DNA of 20,000 nt from Lama guanicoe. Taxonomy: Eukaryota. Below the pieces are notes generated by a model. It was not told where the DNA came from and did not search any database. It saw only the letters and a list, made by a program, of their open reading frames with translations. Below, piece by piece: positions 1 to 9,483 of this stretch. The DNA is taken from contig MU054323.1 of the NCBI GenBank assembly GCA_013239625.1, forward strand, positions 18,099,434 to 18,119,433. The letters run 5' to 3'. Position numbers and translations under genes: made by a program. How positions within the stretch are numbered: position 1 is the first letter of the stretch; every line of letters starts with the position of its first letter.

Positions 1-570
1 TTTTTGATTTTGATTTTTGACATTTTTATTGTGATGTTTCTTGAAGAGGTGTCTCTTTAGGTTGATTTTTTAATCTAGTGATCTGTCAGCTTAACTTGGC
101 TGTCCAAATCTTTCTCCAGATTTGGGAAATTCTCTGCCATTATTTCCTTAAATGAGCTTTCTACTCTCTCTCCCTTTTCTCCTTTGGGAATGGCAATAAT
201 TTCAAAATTGTGACTTTTGATGGTATACCACTCTTTATTTTTAATTTGTTCCCCTCCGACTGAATAATTTCAAAGTTCTTGTCTTCCACCTCACAGATTC
301 TTCTGCTTGATCCATCCTGTTGTTGATGTCCTCTACTGAATTTCATTCATTGTATTCTTCAGCTCTAGAATTTTCTTTGATTGCTCTTGTTCATTTATTG
401 CTTTCGTGATTTTGTTAAATTCTTTTTTGTAGCTCATTGAGTTTCTTTAAAATAGTTATTTTTAATTCTTAATGGTTAAGTGACAGATCTCCATGTGCTT
501 AGATTTTGTCACTAGAAAATCATTGTGATCCTTTGGTGTCATGATATCTTTTTTCATGTTCCTTGAAGTT
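1..570 (-). pseudogene. Decayed L1 ORF1p (N-terminus and coiled-coil region) with frameshifts and deletions
   Basis: ORF 462..653 contains MTPKDHNDFLVTKSKHMEICHL (cf. L1M ORF1 MTPPKEHNNSLVTDPKEMEIYEL). ORF 161..346 contains RRICEVEDKNFEIIQSE (cf. ERISELEDRSFEIIQSE). The two pieces are in broken frames. Confidence 0.88.
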
Positions 571-734
571 TTGCATTGCTGTTTGCATCTGTTGAAGTAG
601 CAGTCACCTCCTCTAGTCTTTAATAACTGCTTTTGGAGAGAAATGACTTCCATCAGTCTTGTTAGAGATTATAAGGCTCAGACCTTCTGTGGATAACCTG
701 TTCTATGCTTTCTCCCTCTTATTGCAAAATTCTT

Positions 735-803
735 TTTTTTAAATATGTATAGTAATTAATATCTACAAACATCAAACTCCCAGTTTATCCCATTGCACCC
801 CCA
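735..803 (-). mobile_element. Very short young L1 3'UTR-derived insertion nested in the older L1 5'UTR
   Basis: Exact 10-bp direct repeat CAAAATTCTT at 725-734 and 804-813. A T-run (antisense poly-A) lies at the left end. The reconstructed site TTCTT/AA fits the L1 endonuclease preference. The body (tatgtatagta...caaactcccagtttatccc) resembles the cetartiodactyl L1 3'UTR and the end of the 14768-14985 element. Confidence 0.75.
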
Positions 804-1829
804 CAAAATTCTTAAGCTCGTATGACTTCTCCAGATCCTGCAACACGCTAGGCTGAGTGCCGACAGCCTCTTTTGTGTTTTCCAAAGGTGATGATGGAGT
901 TCAAGTTTGTGGTCATTCTGTGTCTGGTAGATTTAGACTGGCTTTTTGTGTGTGCTCACTAGCTGTCTGCCAAAGATTGCATTTGCTGCCATTATTGGGA
1001 GCATGCACAGAGAGCCAGCCACAGGATGGGAGGTTGTGTGGGTGAGGCATGCTAGTTCTGTGGGGTACCCATAGGCCAGATGGGGAGATCTGTGGTTGAG
1101 ACATTCCCAATGGCTCATGGGTAGGTTTCTTAATAGAGTTCCTGATGGAGTTAGTTCCTATAATGCTCTCTGAGAGACATATCTGCCACTCTGCCAGTCT
1201 CTTCTGCAACTCCCCCTCAACTCCCATTCATGTAGCTCACAGTCATTATTCTGGATGGGACGAAAGAGAAATTAACCTCTTTGGCAGCATCCTGCATAGC
1301 TGGGGAACCCTGTTGCTCACTCACACTCTTCCTTTCCCTTGCAGGAGAAATCATGGGCAATAGAAGATCTCTCTTAGCCCTAAGCTTTGCCATGTTGGAG
1401 GAAGGGTGATGTGAGTAAAGTCAAGCTGTTCTTCTGACCCACTTCGGTACATCCAAACTTGTATTTTTGGCTTCACTGGTGTGCTGGATCTTCTCCTCTG
1501 GAAACGTGGACTTACACAAAGAACCTCTCATCCATGGGTGAGTGTTTTAGACAATATTTTCCAGGGGCTCTTGGACTGTGGCTGACAGGGTCTGGAATCT
1601 GGTCATGGGCACTTCAAGGTCCACGGCTGAGACCCACCTGGTTTATAGGGCAGGTGTGACTTTTCCTGGTTTTTTTGGCATATGGTACTGGATCCCACAG
1701 ATTCCCTCAAAGGCACTTTTATCCACAGATAAGTGCTGAATTTGGGGGGGGGTGTTTTAGAAGGGGACAAAAACGGACCTCTTGTGCCATCATCATGCTG
1801 ATATCACCTCCAACCACCTCATTCTTGTA

Positions 1830-2416
1830 ATATTTTCAAATATGTTACCTCTTGGAGCATGATTGTTAAGAGTTCTTTTCAAATGTTGTTGTCTGCATTA
1901 TCTCTGAGTCTTTTTTGTATCATTCCTTTTTTTGGCCTGTCTTCATTTCAGAGATGTTTCTTAAATAATCTGGTGATCATTGGGTGTGCATTTTGAGAGT
2001 GGGGTGTTGACATGCTCTTTGGAAAGTCTCATATGATGGTGGGGGCATGCTCACTTTTGTGATCAAGCGTGGCATGTACATTTCACTGTGGAGTGGTGGG
2101 TGCAAAATGTCAATATATTTAGGTCTTTCTCGTGAGTTGTAGTTTTTCTTAGGGACAGTTCTCCAGTGTTCTGGCTGAGGAGCATATGCCTGGCTGCTTT
2201 TCCTTTTAGGAGTTAAACTGGGAAAAGAACTGTAGAGATTTCATTTTCAGCATGTAGGCATTTACTGAATTCCCATGACCTCAGAGGCACTTGATACCTC
2301 CAAAGAATTCCTGAGCCTAAGGAATTTGCCCTGCCTTTTTAAATGAATTCACTGTGATCTAGTGGAGTTGGGAAGAAGTGTAAATGTGTGTTCAAGTTAT
2401 GTTTAATTGGAAGCCC
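1830..2416 (-). mobile_element. Ancient L1 (L1ME/HAL1-class) 5' region fragment
   Basis: Motifs such as ttcttaaataatctggtgatcattgg, caaaatgtcaatatatttaggtctttctc and gcctggctgc match recalled ancient L1 5'-end consensus. It terminates at tttaattggaagccc (cf. tttaaccggaagtc). Confidence 0.6.
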
Positions 2417-3754
2417 AAGGTTGGTATTCAGATTTACAGAAAATTTACTTAGATAATTTCTGTAAAAGGACTTTAGGTGCAAGGAGCATATGCAATCTGA
2501 GCAGCAACTGATCAATCAGTGACTTTCTGGTACCAAAGAACTTTATAGTAGTTAAGAGTTATGCTCAGAGATGAATGGCTCCTAAGGCCTATATGGCCAG
2601 GGATATATGGTAATGAGTTTCCAAAATGTACTAAGGATATAATTCGGGATATGAAAGAATTTGAGGACATGTCCCTCTCTTTGTGGTATTCAAGGTCTTG
2701 AACTTATTTCAATCCATATTATCTCCAAATTATTTTGTCTTCAGCTTTCCAAAGACTGACCTGCTTTTGAGTTTGCTGAGGCAGTACTTCATGCTTGTCA
2801 AAGACCTTTCACATATATTGGGACTTCAGTGTTGTTGTTTTTTAAATTATGAAAAAACAGATGTGTAATATGCAGACTTACTGTCTCATCTGATCACTGT
2901 CTTGGTTCGGGCAGGTGGGAGTAGGCTGGGAAGCCTGAATTCCAGACAAGGGATAGTGGTACATGGGGGTAGTGATGGTTCCCCCCAGCATTGCTTCCCT
3001 CACGAGAGAGGATAAAGGGAAGACATGTGGTTCTTTTCTGTCTCTACAATGGACCCAGAAAAGTTTGATTTGACTTTATAAAAAAAATGCAACAAGAACG
3101 AGTCATTTCTTCAAATGATTCATCCTGTATTTCATTCCTGAGCGTCACAAGAGTGTTATCTATGTACTTCATAGATGGTCTGAAATTAACTTTGGGAGTT
3201 TTATTTAATTGCAAAACTAAGTTTCATATATGCTCAGCTTTTACAGTTTGATATTAAATTAAAAAATAAAATCAAGAAAGTATGATTCCTCAGTCTGTCA
3301 CTTCTCATGACTCAGCTGTTAAAATTCTGGGCAAGAGTGATAATTCCAAATGGTGCACAGGGAAATGTTTTTATGGTAGCGAGAAGAGGAAATGCTGTCT
3401 TGTGACTGTCAGATGTCGTTTTCTTATCATTTGATCCTGTTCATGCTTATGGCAGGACGAAGGTGGAGCTACGGAGAAGGAAAAGTGCTAGTCAGAAGCA
3501 CAATTTGTCCCTTAGCTTCCTTCCAGGGTGATCCCTAGAACTCCGGCTTTGATTTCTGCCTGCCTTTCCCTTACAACCTCCACCAGATCCGAGAGTGGGT
3601 GGTGCATCTACTCTCCTTACTGTGGCCATCAGCTGTGCTCACTCCCAGTGCAGGGAGGGACCCGCTGCTCCCCTTCTTGGAGCTGCCTCATCGCAGCTCC
3701 CTCTCCTGCTTCCTGCCACTGCAACCACCAGTGACTGCAGTTACCATAGTCACA

Positions 3755-3915
3755 CTGAGCCTAAAGGCCGCAGCTGCTCTCCACATGGAATCTGCCCAGT
3801 AGTGAAGCCAGCAGAAGAAAAAGCAGAGCTGAGAGCTGAAAATATAGTCATGATTGTATTGTCTGGACCCTCAGATCAGCCGTGTGTGAAGCTAACCCTA
3901 CCTTTCAGACTATTA
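3755..3915 (+). mobile_element. MaLR LTR fragment (MLT1J/K/L-like)
   Basis: gaagccagcagaagaaaaagcagagctgagag...gaccctcagatcagccgtgtgtgaagctaaccctacc matches recalled MLT1 consensus gaagccaacacagaggaaagcagagccgagag...cccctggatccagccgtgcctgaagcc. Confidence 0.72.
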
Positions 3916-4039
3916 CAAGACTATTACACTTACACTAGCTTTCATGGCATCTTGACAGCCTTCAAATCTCCAATAATAAGGGCCCACCACATTGTCCCAG
4001 TGTTGTGATCCTAAGAAACCCTGTCTCCTTTCCTGGAAG

Positions 4040-4420
4040 CTGATGTATGCTTATCTCTTGATAGTCTCACCTGACAATAATAAAAGTCTCCATTTGCATC
4101 TCTAAGCTGTGCTTTCTTTCTGTTGGCTGCATTACTGGGCAGATTCCATGTGGCATCAGTGAAGGCCACCAGAAGCCCAAGACTCACATGTTCCCAGCTT
4201 CAGTGCCCCAGCAAAAAGAAAGCTTTCTTTCTCACAGAACTAGTAGAGAGATCCTGGAGAAGCTCCTAACTAGCTTGGCTCCAATCAAAGACTTGTCCCT
4301 GAAACAGTCATGACACTTAGGGGAAGGGGGAGTTTTGATGGGCTGGGCTTGATCTCATGACCATCCTTGGGGGTGCACACAGGATCAGCACCATCAGAAC
4401 AGGAACAGATGTTCTAAGAA
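4040..4420 (-). mobile_element. MaLR LTR fragment (MLT1K/L-like)
   Basis: tctaagctgtgctttctttctgttggctgc...ggccaccagaagcccaagactcacatgttcccagcttcagtgccccagcaaaaagaaagc...tccctgaaacagtca...tgatgggctgggcttgatctcatgacc follows the antisense MLT1K-type consensus colinearly. Confidence 0.82.
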
Positions 4421-4445
4421 GAAAGGGATCTTGGGAATATCTGTC

Positions 4446-4470
4446 TTTTTTTTTTTTTTTTTTTTTTTTT
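4446..4470. repeat. Poly(T)25 homopolymer
   Basis: 25 consecutive T; no flanking TSD or SINE body recognised. Confidence 0.97.
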
Positions 4471-4659
4471 GCCACAGGGCTCTTCTTTGCCTTAAACTTG
4501 GCATTGAACCAGGCCCCTGGGAAGTTCATGACGACCCTCATGTTTCAGGGAAGAGTGGGCTGGGTCTTTCCACTTCCAGGAGCCTTGCCGCCTACCACAC
4601 TGGTTTCTTTCCCCGGGTATGGGGTATGAATACCACCATTCTGCCTGCTGGTTGCTTTT

Positions 4660-4985
4660 TGTCTTATCTTGGTTTCCAAATCAAAGCCCGAGGCAAGGAG
4701 TATTATTACGGAGTATAACCCCAGGGGTGGAAGGGAAGAAAACTGTCAGTGAGTGAGGAGAGGAGGGACAGTCAGCACAAAGGGGCATGGTTAAGCCCAC
4801 CACCACTCGGTGTCAAGAGCAACTGAGAGCTCAGTCTTGCTGGATTATCTTCTTAGAGATGGTACAAATGACTAGTTTGCAAGAAAAATCTGTCCAAGGG
4901 AGGAAGTATCCACTGGCTCCTGTCTGTCATTGGTCAGATGTTAACCTCATGAGTATTAATTCATCTGAACATCTTGGATATGGAG
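4660..4985 (-). mobile_element. ERV-L LTR (LTR33/LTR16-like), 3' LTR of the deleted provirus, apparently lacking its U3 start
   Basis: Begins tgtcttatcttgg...aaagcccgaggcaagg; internal motif tctgtccaagggaggaagtatccactggctcctgtctgtcattggtcag...tgagtattaattc. Paralogous to 6634-6700. Confidence 0.75.
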
Positions 4986-4989
4986 GTAA

Positions 4990-6505
4990 TGGCCAGCTGA
5001 GACTCAGAAAAAACTTAGGAGGATTAATGGTGCAAACTCGTTAAATGAGAGGTGTCATCTCCCTCCTCTGCCATCTCTTCCGGATTTGCTCTGCTGGTGG
5101 CCAGCACTTCAGCAGATCCGGTGTGCTTACCCAGTGGGATGGCTCAAGCCCTCGACCTTGAGGTTGTCTGTGCCTTGTTTGTGTCAGGCTGTGATTGCTT
5201 CAGTGGCCTGCTTGCTGTTACCACTGATCAGAGAAGCACCAGGGGTGTCCCAGGGGAACCTCTCCTTTCATCCATTGTGTGGCAGCTACCTGAGCCCCTC
5301 AGTGCAGTCAGAATCAAGCACTCTTCCAACGGGATGGCTTTTCTTTATCCAGTAGCATGAGGAAGACAGGGACCTTTGGTATTACCGTGAGGAAGTCACT
5401 GGAGCCATTAATGTGTTCCATGACGGAAAAATTTGTTCCTTGCACTGCTCATTTTTTCCCAGCCCCCACCCCAAATTAGAAAATAGGATGAGAAACAAAT
5501 TCCACAGCTGGTCACCAGAAGTGATGACAAGAGGGGTCTATCTTTTTACCCCTTGGTTGCCAGACTCCCATCTTCATGTTGGAAACAAAGCACCATCAGT
5601 TAATATGTGTACACACTCTAGACCAGAAATCCATCAGAGATGTCCTCAATCTGATGCTGAACCCGGGCCGTTAACAGCGTACTCACTGCTTTGCTGGGTT
5701 GACTGCTTTTGGGATATGTTCAGGTACCTACTGTTGAGTGTTCTTGATGAGAAATTGGTTTCTTGGTCCAAGGCAATGTTATATGTGATGTTATGTGAGT
5801 AAAACAGATATAATTCTATAAGTCCTTTGAGGGGCATGATACTGGCAAAGGCACCATAGCAGGGAAGGCAAACCCATATCCAGAGTAGATGTGGACTCTG
5901 GTTGTGCTAAATTGCTATCTCCTCTAGGGTGAAATGGATGTGATGTCATTAACCTGCCATCTGTTGGCTGGTCCCCTCCAGAATGGTGCCATATGAGCCT
6001 TCACTGCTGTCAGTTTTGTGCATTTAGTAGTAGTAGAACTAGATCAGTCTTTGGAGAGGGAGCTTGTGCTGTGGGGTCCTGGCGCAGCCTCATTTCCTGC
6101 CACCATGACCACCCTGTTCATGGGCTCCTTGTGCCAGCTTGAGGTAGTCAAGGAGACAGCTTGGCTGATACCCACAGAACAAGTCATTCCTACCCGTTTG
6201 GTTTTTGAGAGTCTCCTCCCTGGTGAATGCTCTCTGGAGGACGTGAGACGTAATGTTTTCATGCTTTGTGCTCATGCTCAAATGTCCATCATTCTGTCTC
6301 TGTCACAGACACCCCTTCCCCAAGCCTTCTAATCTGCTCCTTCTGGGCCCCTGACCAACCAGCCAATCCACTGCTCAGGACTCCTTGTATATCTTTACTT
6401 CAGGTGATCTCTCCATGCAGAGTGAATAATAAATATACTGCTCACAGCTCTGCCCGCTAGGATTTCATTACCACTTCCCTTTAGGGCCCTTCCTGAGGAG
6501 GCCTG
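4990..6505 (-). pseudogene. pol: ERV-L internal remnant: decayed pol (RNase H, integrase, dUTPase, C-terminal tail), ERV3-16A3_I/ERVL-like
   Basis: Minus-strand translations. RNase H: RAEL*AVYL and GLAGWSGAQKE. Integrase zinc finger: LAQGAHEQGGHGGRK (cf. IAQWAHEQSGHGGRD). Integrase core: WQVNDI...IYSGYGFAFPA (YSGYGFAFPA at 5858-5887) and HNITYNIALDQETNF (cf. HGIPHSIASDQGTHF). dUTPase: GRVLDSDCTEGLR*LPHNG*KE (cf. AGVIDPDYQGEIGLLLHNGGKE). Tail: PLGKHTGSAEVLATSRANPEEMAEEGDD. Many stops and frameshifts. Confidence 0.93.
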
Positions 6506-6911
6506 AGATCCCAGGAAGCATGAGTGAAGAAAGACGGAGTGAAATGAGGAAGATGGAAAATCTAACATGATGATGTGTTACCAAACTGTTAGCACGTGAT
6601 CCTGGCTCTGTGAATGATCATTTCTCAGGACAGTCTGTCTGGGGAGGAAGGGAGAAGACTGTCCACCAGTCAGAGTTTCATCTTGAGTGTTAATTCTTAG
6701 GTACTTCGGGGTTGCATATGCATAGGTACCAGCTCTTTGATGATACAGGTGTGTGGGGAGATGCTGTTAGGTTGTGCTCACGTGAAATTGGTCAGATTTC
6801 CCACAGAGGTGGTAGCGACTGCAGCTGCTGAGGTTAGAACAAGTGGCCAGAGGCCCTGGGCATAATGAATACGAGGGGATATGACATGGTGCGTAAGAAA
6901 CGTCTGATTCA
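6506..6911 (-). mobile_element. ERV-L LTR (LTR33/LTR16-like), presumptive 5' LTR lacking its U5 end
   Basis: gatcccaggaagcatgagtg...tctgtctggggaggaagggagaagactgtccacc...tgagtgttaattc...ggttgcatatgc; ends gaggggatatgac...cgtctgattca (TG at the start of the minus strand). Confidence 0.72.
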
Positions 6912-7094
6912 TCTTCCCTCCGTATGGAACCTTCCTTGCAGAGTGACGGGACACATACCAGTATGTCCCCTACGGCCTCCATCGTTCCCCAAACCCCTCC
7001 ATGAAGTAGACTATGATATTGAAGCGCATGTAGTGTCTCCCAAGGCAAGTCCGAGGATACAAAGTTGAATTTGACCTGGTCAGTTTTTTCTCTC

Positions 7095-7245
7095 AGAGAG
7101 TTTGAAGTCAGTTACACCCTCATTTGACAGATGCAGAAATGAAATGAAAAGAGATGGTGTTTTTCTTCAGGTCATTCAACCAGAACGTGGCAGAGCTGGA
7201 CCTATTAATGTTTTATGACTTCCATTCCAGGTCAGCTGCACTGCC
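7095..7245 (-). mobile_element. MIR-family SINE relic
   Basis: Antisense MIR core: ctcatttgacagatgcagaaatgaa...aggtcattcaaccagaacgtggcagagctgga. Confidence 0.75.
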
Positions 7246-7539
7246 CGTACCAGTTACTACAGTTTTAAAACAGAAAATGACTGGGAAGCACGGGGTCCTG
7301 ACTCATGGCACAGTTTCAAATTTAAACAATGCCTTCCAGTACATGAGATTCATAAGTTCCTTTGTGCTAGTAGCATATTGCTGAAGGTAGATTCAGTTTT
7401 TTTTAAATGCTACATTTGCAGCAGGTTGAAAGGACTGACAAATTTATTGTCAAAGAGCCTCTATTCATCTGATTGCAAAAACAAAATAATACCAACTGTA
7501 GTATCTTTAGGAAATACTGCCAACTAAAAATACAAAGCA

Positions 7540-7900
7540 ATTAACAGCCTGTATAATCTTTTTGACCTTAATATAGTGTGACTGTCTTTCCATATCATTT
7601 AATGTTTGATTGCATCTTCATTTGAATGACTTTATAGTATTCCATTATATGGTTACATCATAATGTGTTTAACCAGTTATTTATTGTAGGATATCATTTT
7701 TTTCAGTTTTTCAGTATTAAAAATGCTGCTTCACTAAACAGCCATAGAGGTATATCTTTGTGAAATCCATGATTTTATAATAACTTCATAAAATTCAAAA
7801 CCGATGCACTTTAATGCATGTACACATGAGTGTATTCATTTCCTTCCTGCTTTGCCAACCTTGGGTCTTAAAATTTTTAAATATTTGTTCATATGATAAG
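7540..7900 (-). mobile_element. Ancient L1 (L1ME-class) ORF2 end/3' fragment
   Basis: tagtattccattatatggttacatcataatgtgtttaaccag...ttcagtttttcagtattaaaaatgctgc...ctttgccaaccttggg is the characteristic antisense L1ME 3' pattern. Confidence 0.8.
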
Positions 7901-8032
7901 GATTTATATTTTTATATTTTTCTCCTATTTTAATGACTGCAGGGAAAGCCTTCTTTTCCTGAAAGATAACAGGAATTCTAATCCAAACCAAGGTGGAGTT
8001 ACCATGTTTATCTGATGCTTAAGTCTGTTCAC

Positions 8033-8838
8033 TGTGGTGAAGTTTTTCAAAAGCGGCCACAGTTGTTTTCCTCCATGTAGCTGACCTTTGCCGTATCTCC
8101 CATCAGGAAGCAGAGTGTATTTCCTCACCCCTTGACTCTGGGCTGGGCTTGTGCTGGTTCACAAGTGGGCCCCCGTACACAGGGGCAGGAGGGATGGAAG
8201 ATTGGCAGCTAGCAGGTTTAAGAAGCAAGGGAACTTACATAGGAGGCTTGTCTTGGGCAGCTGCCTCTGGTTCAGTCATGTTTTCAGTCCAGACGGTATA
8301 ACAACCCCTTACTCTCAGGCTGCATCCTTGAAATGGCTGCTAGTTTGAACATGGTAGGCAGGAAGTCCATTCCAAGAACAGGGGAGGATGAGGAGCCCTG
8401 AGTTGCCTGGGCCAACCAGCAGCCACATCCTCCCCACGACCACCATCAACCTGCGACTTGCTTTAGCCAATAGAATGTAGCAAAAGTGGTTTGCTGTTCC
8501 TGAGCCTCGGCCCAAGAGGCTTTTCACACCTGCATTTGCTCTCTTGGAACCACCACATGAAGGAGCCCAGGTTGCCTACTGGGTGAGGAGAGGTCTGTGG
8601 CCCCAGGCCCTCCTGATCCCAGCAGCTACACAGTCAGCCCCCAGGAGCAGAGCTGGGTAGCTGACCTGTAGTTGAGCACGCATCCAGCTGAGATCAGATC
8701 AGAACCTGAGATCAGAACCCCTCAGGTCGGCACAACCTAAACTGCTGACCCTTAGATGCCTAAGAAAAAGAAATGATGACTGTCCAACATCACCAGTTTG
8801 GGGAATCATTGGTTACCCAAGGGAAATAAACCGAAACA
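8033..8838 (+). mobile_element. Full-length MaLR solo LTR (MLT1G/H-like), interrupted by a nested LTR
   Basis: Starts tgtggtg and ends ccgaaaca (TG...CA). Diagnostic blocks ctcccatcaggaagcagagtgtatttcctcaccccttgactctgggctgg and gacttgctttagccaatagaatgtagc. Flanks TTCAC (8028-8032) and CTCAC (8839-8843) form a 4/5 match 5-bp TSD. Confidence 0.88.
8152..8449 (-). mobile_element. LTR-like element (probably ERV1-class solo LTR) nested in the MLT1
   Basis: About 298 bp interrupts the MLT1 exactly within the ggccttgtgacttg motif; possible 4-bp TSD cttg/cctg. The minus strand has ctatgtaagttcccttgcttcttaaac, resembling an LTR poly(A)-signal region. Family not identified. Confidence 0.6.
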
Positions 8839-8950
8839 CTCACGATACTGTTTTGGTGGAGGTGATACATTTGTATTTAGTGGCAATTATCCTAATTGAA
8901 AAATAGGAAGAATGTTGATTCAATAAGAAAAAGATCACAATGTTAAAAAA

Positions 8951-8968
8951 CACACACACACACACACA
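8951..8968. repeat. (CA)9 microsatellite
   Basis: Nine perfect CA units following an A6 run. Confidence 0.95.
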
Positions 8969-9192
8969 TAGTAATACCATTTATAAAGTGGTAAAAATAA
9001 AAACAGGAAGTTGTGATCCTACCGGTTATTAAATGTTGCTGAGCCCATCTCTCCTGTAAGTATCCCCTGAAACCATTTTAGGCCAGCAATTCTGAGACAC
9101 TGTGTAGTTTAAGAGAAACGATCTATTGACTGAGCATACGATTACATGGGGTTTAGTCTTAATTCTGCAGCTAGAAGGACATCTTGAGAATC

Positions 9193-9226
9193 TGTTTTGT
9201 TTGTTTTGTTTTTGTTTTTGTTTTTT
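9193..9226. repeat. (GTTTT)n-like low-complexity repeat
   Basis: tgttttgtttgttttgtttttgtttttgtttttt. Confidence 0.9.
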
Positions 9227-9274
9227 AAATCTCTGTGGGCCTCATGTTTCACAACCACAAAAGACAGGACTTAC

Positions 9275-9365
9275 AGTAGCAGTAGCAATAGTAGCTAAGA
9301 TTCATTGTCGGCTTATGGAATGTGGCAGGCACTGTTCTGTGGACTTTCAGGTATTGCCTAATTTC
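9275..9365 (-). mobile_element. MIR 3' fragment
   Basis: aatagtagctaagattcattgtcggcttatggaatgtggcaggcactgttctgtggactttcaggtatt matches the antisense MIR tail (atagctaacatttattgagcgcttactatgtgccaggcactgttctaagcgctttaca). Confidence 0.7.
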
Positions 9366-9377
9366 TTAAGAGTTGTG

Positions 9378-9483
9378 CTTCAAATTTCTCATCTGTAAAA
9401 AGATGCACTACCATCTTCTCTCTTTGAGGATGAAATGAAATGGCCCTGAACCATCTCTAGGATTTAAAGGTCCCAGCAGTCTA
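9378..9483 (+). mobile_element. MIR-family core fragment
   Basis: caaatttctcatctgtaaaa core, then tgaggatgaaatga and tctctagg...aaggtccc...tctaa. Confidence 0.55.

Larger units (their letters stand above)
1..1810 (-). mobile_element. LINE-1 5' portion (5'UTR plus ORF1 remnant), older eutherian L1M-type; continues beyond the left window edge
   Basis: Minus-strand translations give L1 ORF1p-like peptides. The reverse complement of 1786-1810 (GGAGGTGATATCAGCATGATGATGG) resembles the L1 5' terminus (GACGTCAGCAAGATGGC, YY1-like). About 1.2 kb of 5'UTR-like sequence lies between the two. Confidence 0.88.

Noticed and set aside
2520..2790. Possible ERV-L/MaLR gag-like relic (ttctggtacca; KDIIRDMKEFEDM vs NIKLDQAEFIDM)
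   Set aside because: Similarity is short and weak with no flanking LTR recognised; it cannot be supported without an HMM search.
3595..4008. Longest ORF in the track (137 aa, plus strand)
   Set aside because: Non-ATG start, overlaps an MLT1 fragment, no recognisable domain; consistent with a chance ORF.
5058..5081. Purine tract on the minus strand (GGAAGAGATGGCAGAGGAGGGAGA) followed by TG, looking like a retroviral PPT-LTR junction
   Set aside because: It translates in frame as the ERV-L pol C-terminal motif (AEVLA...PEEMAEEGDD, cf. AEVLAEGKGNTEWVVEEG), so it is coding remnant. The true PPT appears deleted.
5413..5802. 129-aa plus-strand ORF and other plus-strand ORFs at 4787-6460
   Set aside because: They lie antisense to the decayed ERV-L pol and LTR, with no independent coding signal.
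4655..6916. 5-bp TSD for the ERV-L provirus
   Set aside because: Flanks CTTTT and TCTTC match at only 2 of 5 positions, so they are not evidence of a TSD.
6946..6970. Small hairpin gggacacataccagtatgtcccc (and a similar one at 12387-12418)
   Set aside because: The stems are short and imperfect, as expected by chance in 20 kb; no snoRNA, tRNA or miRNA hallmarks.
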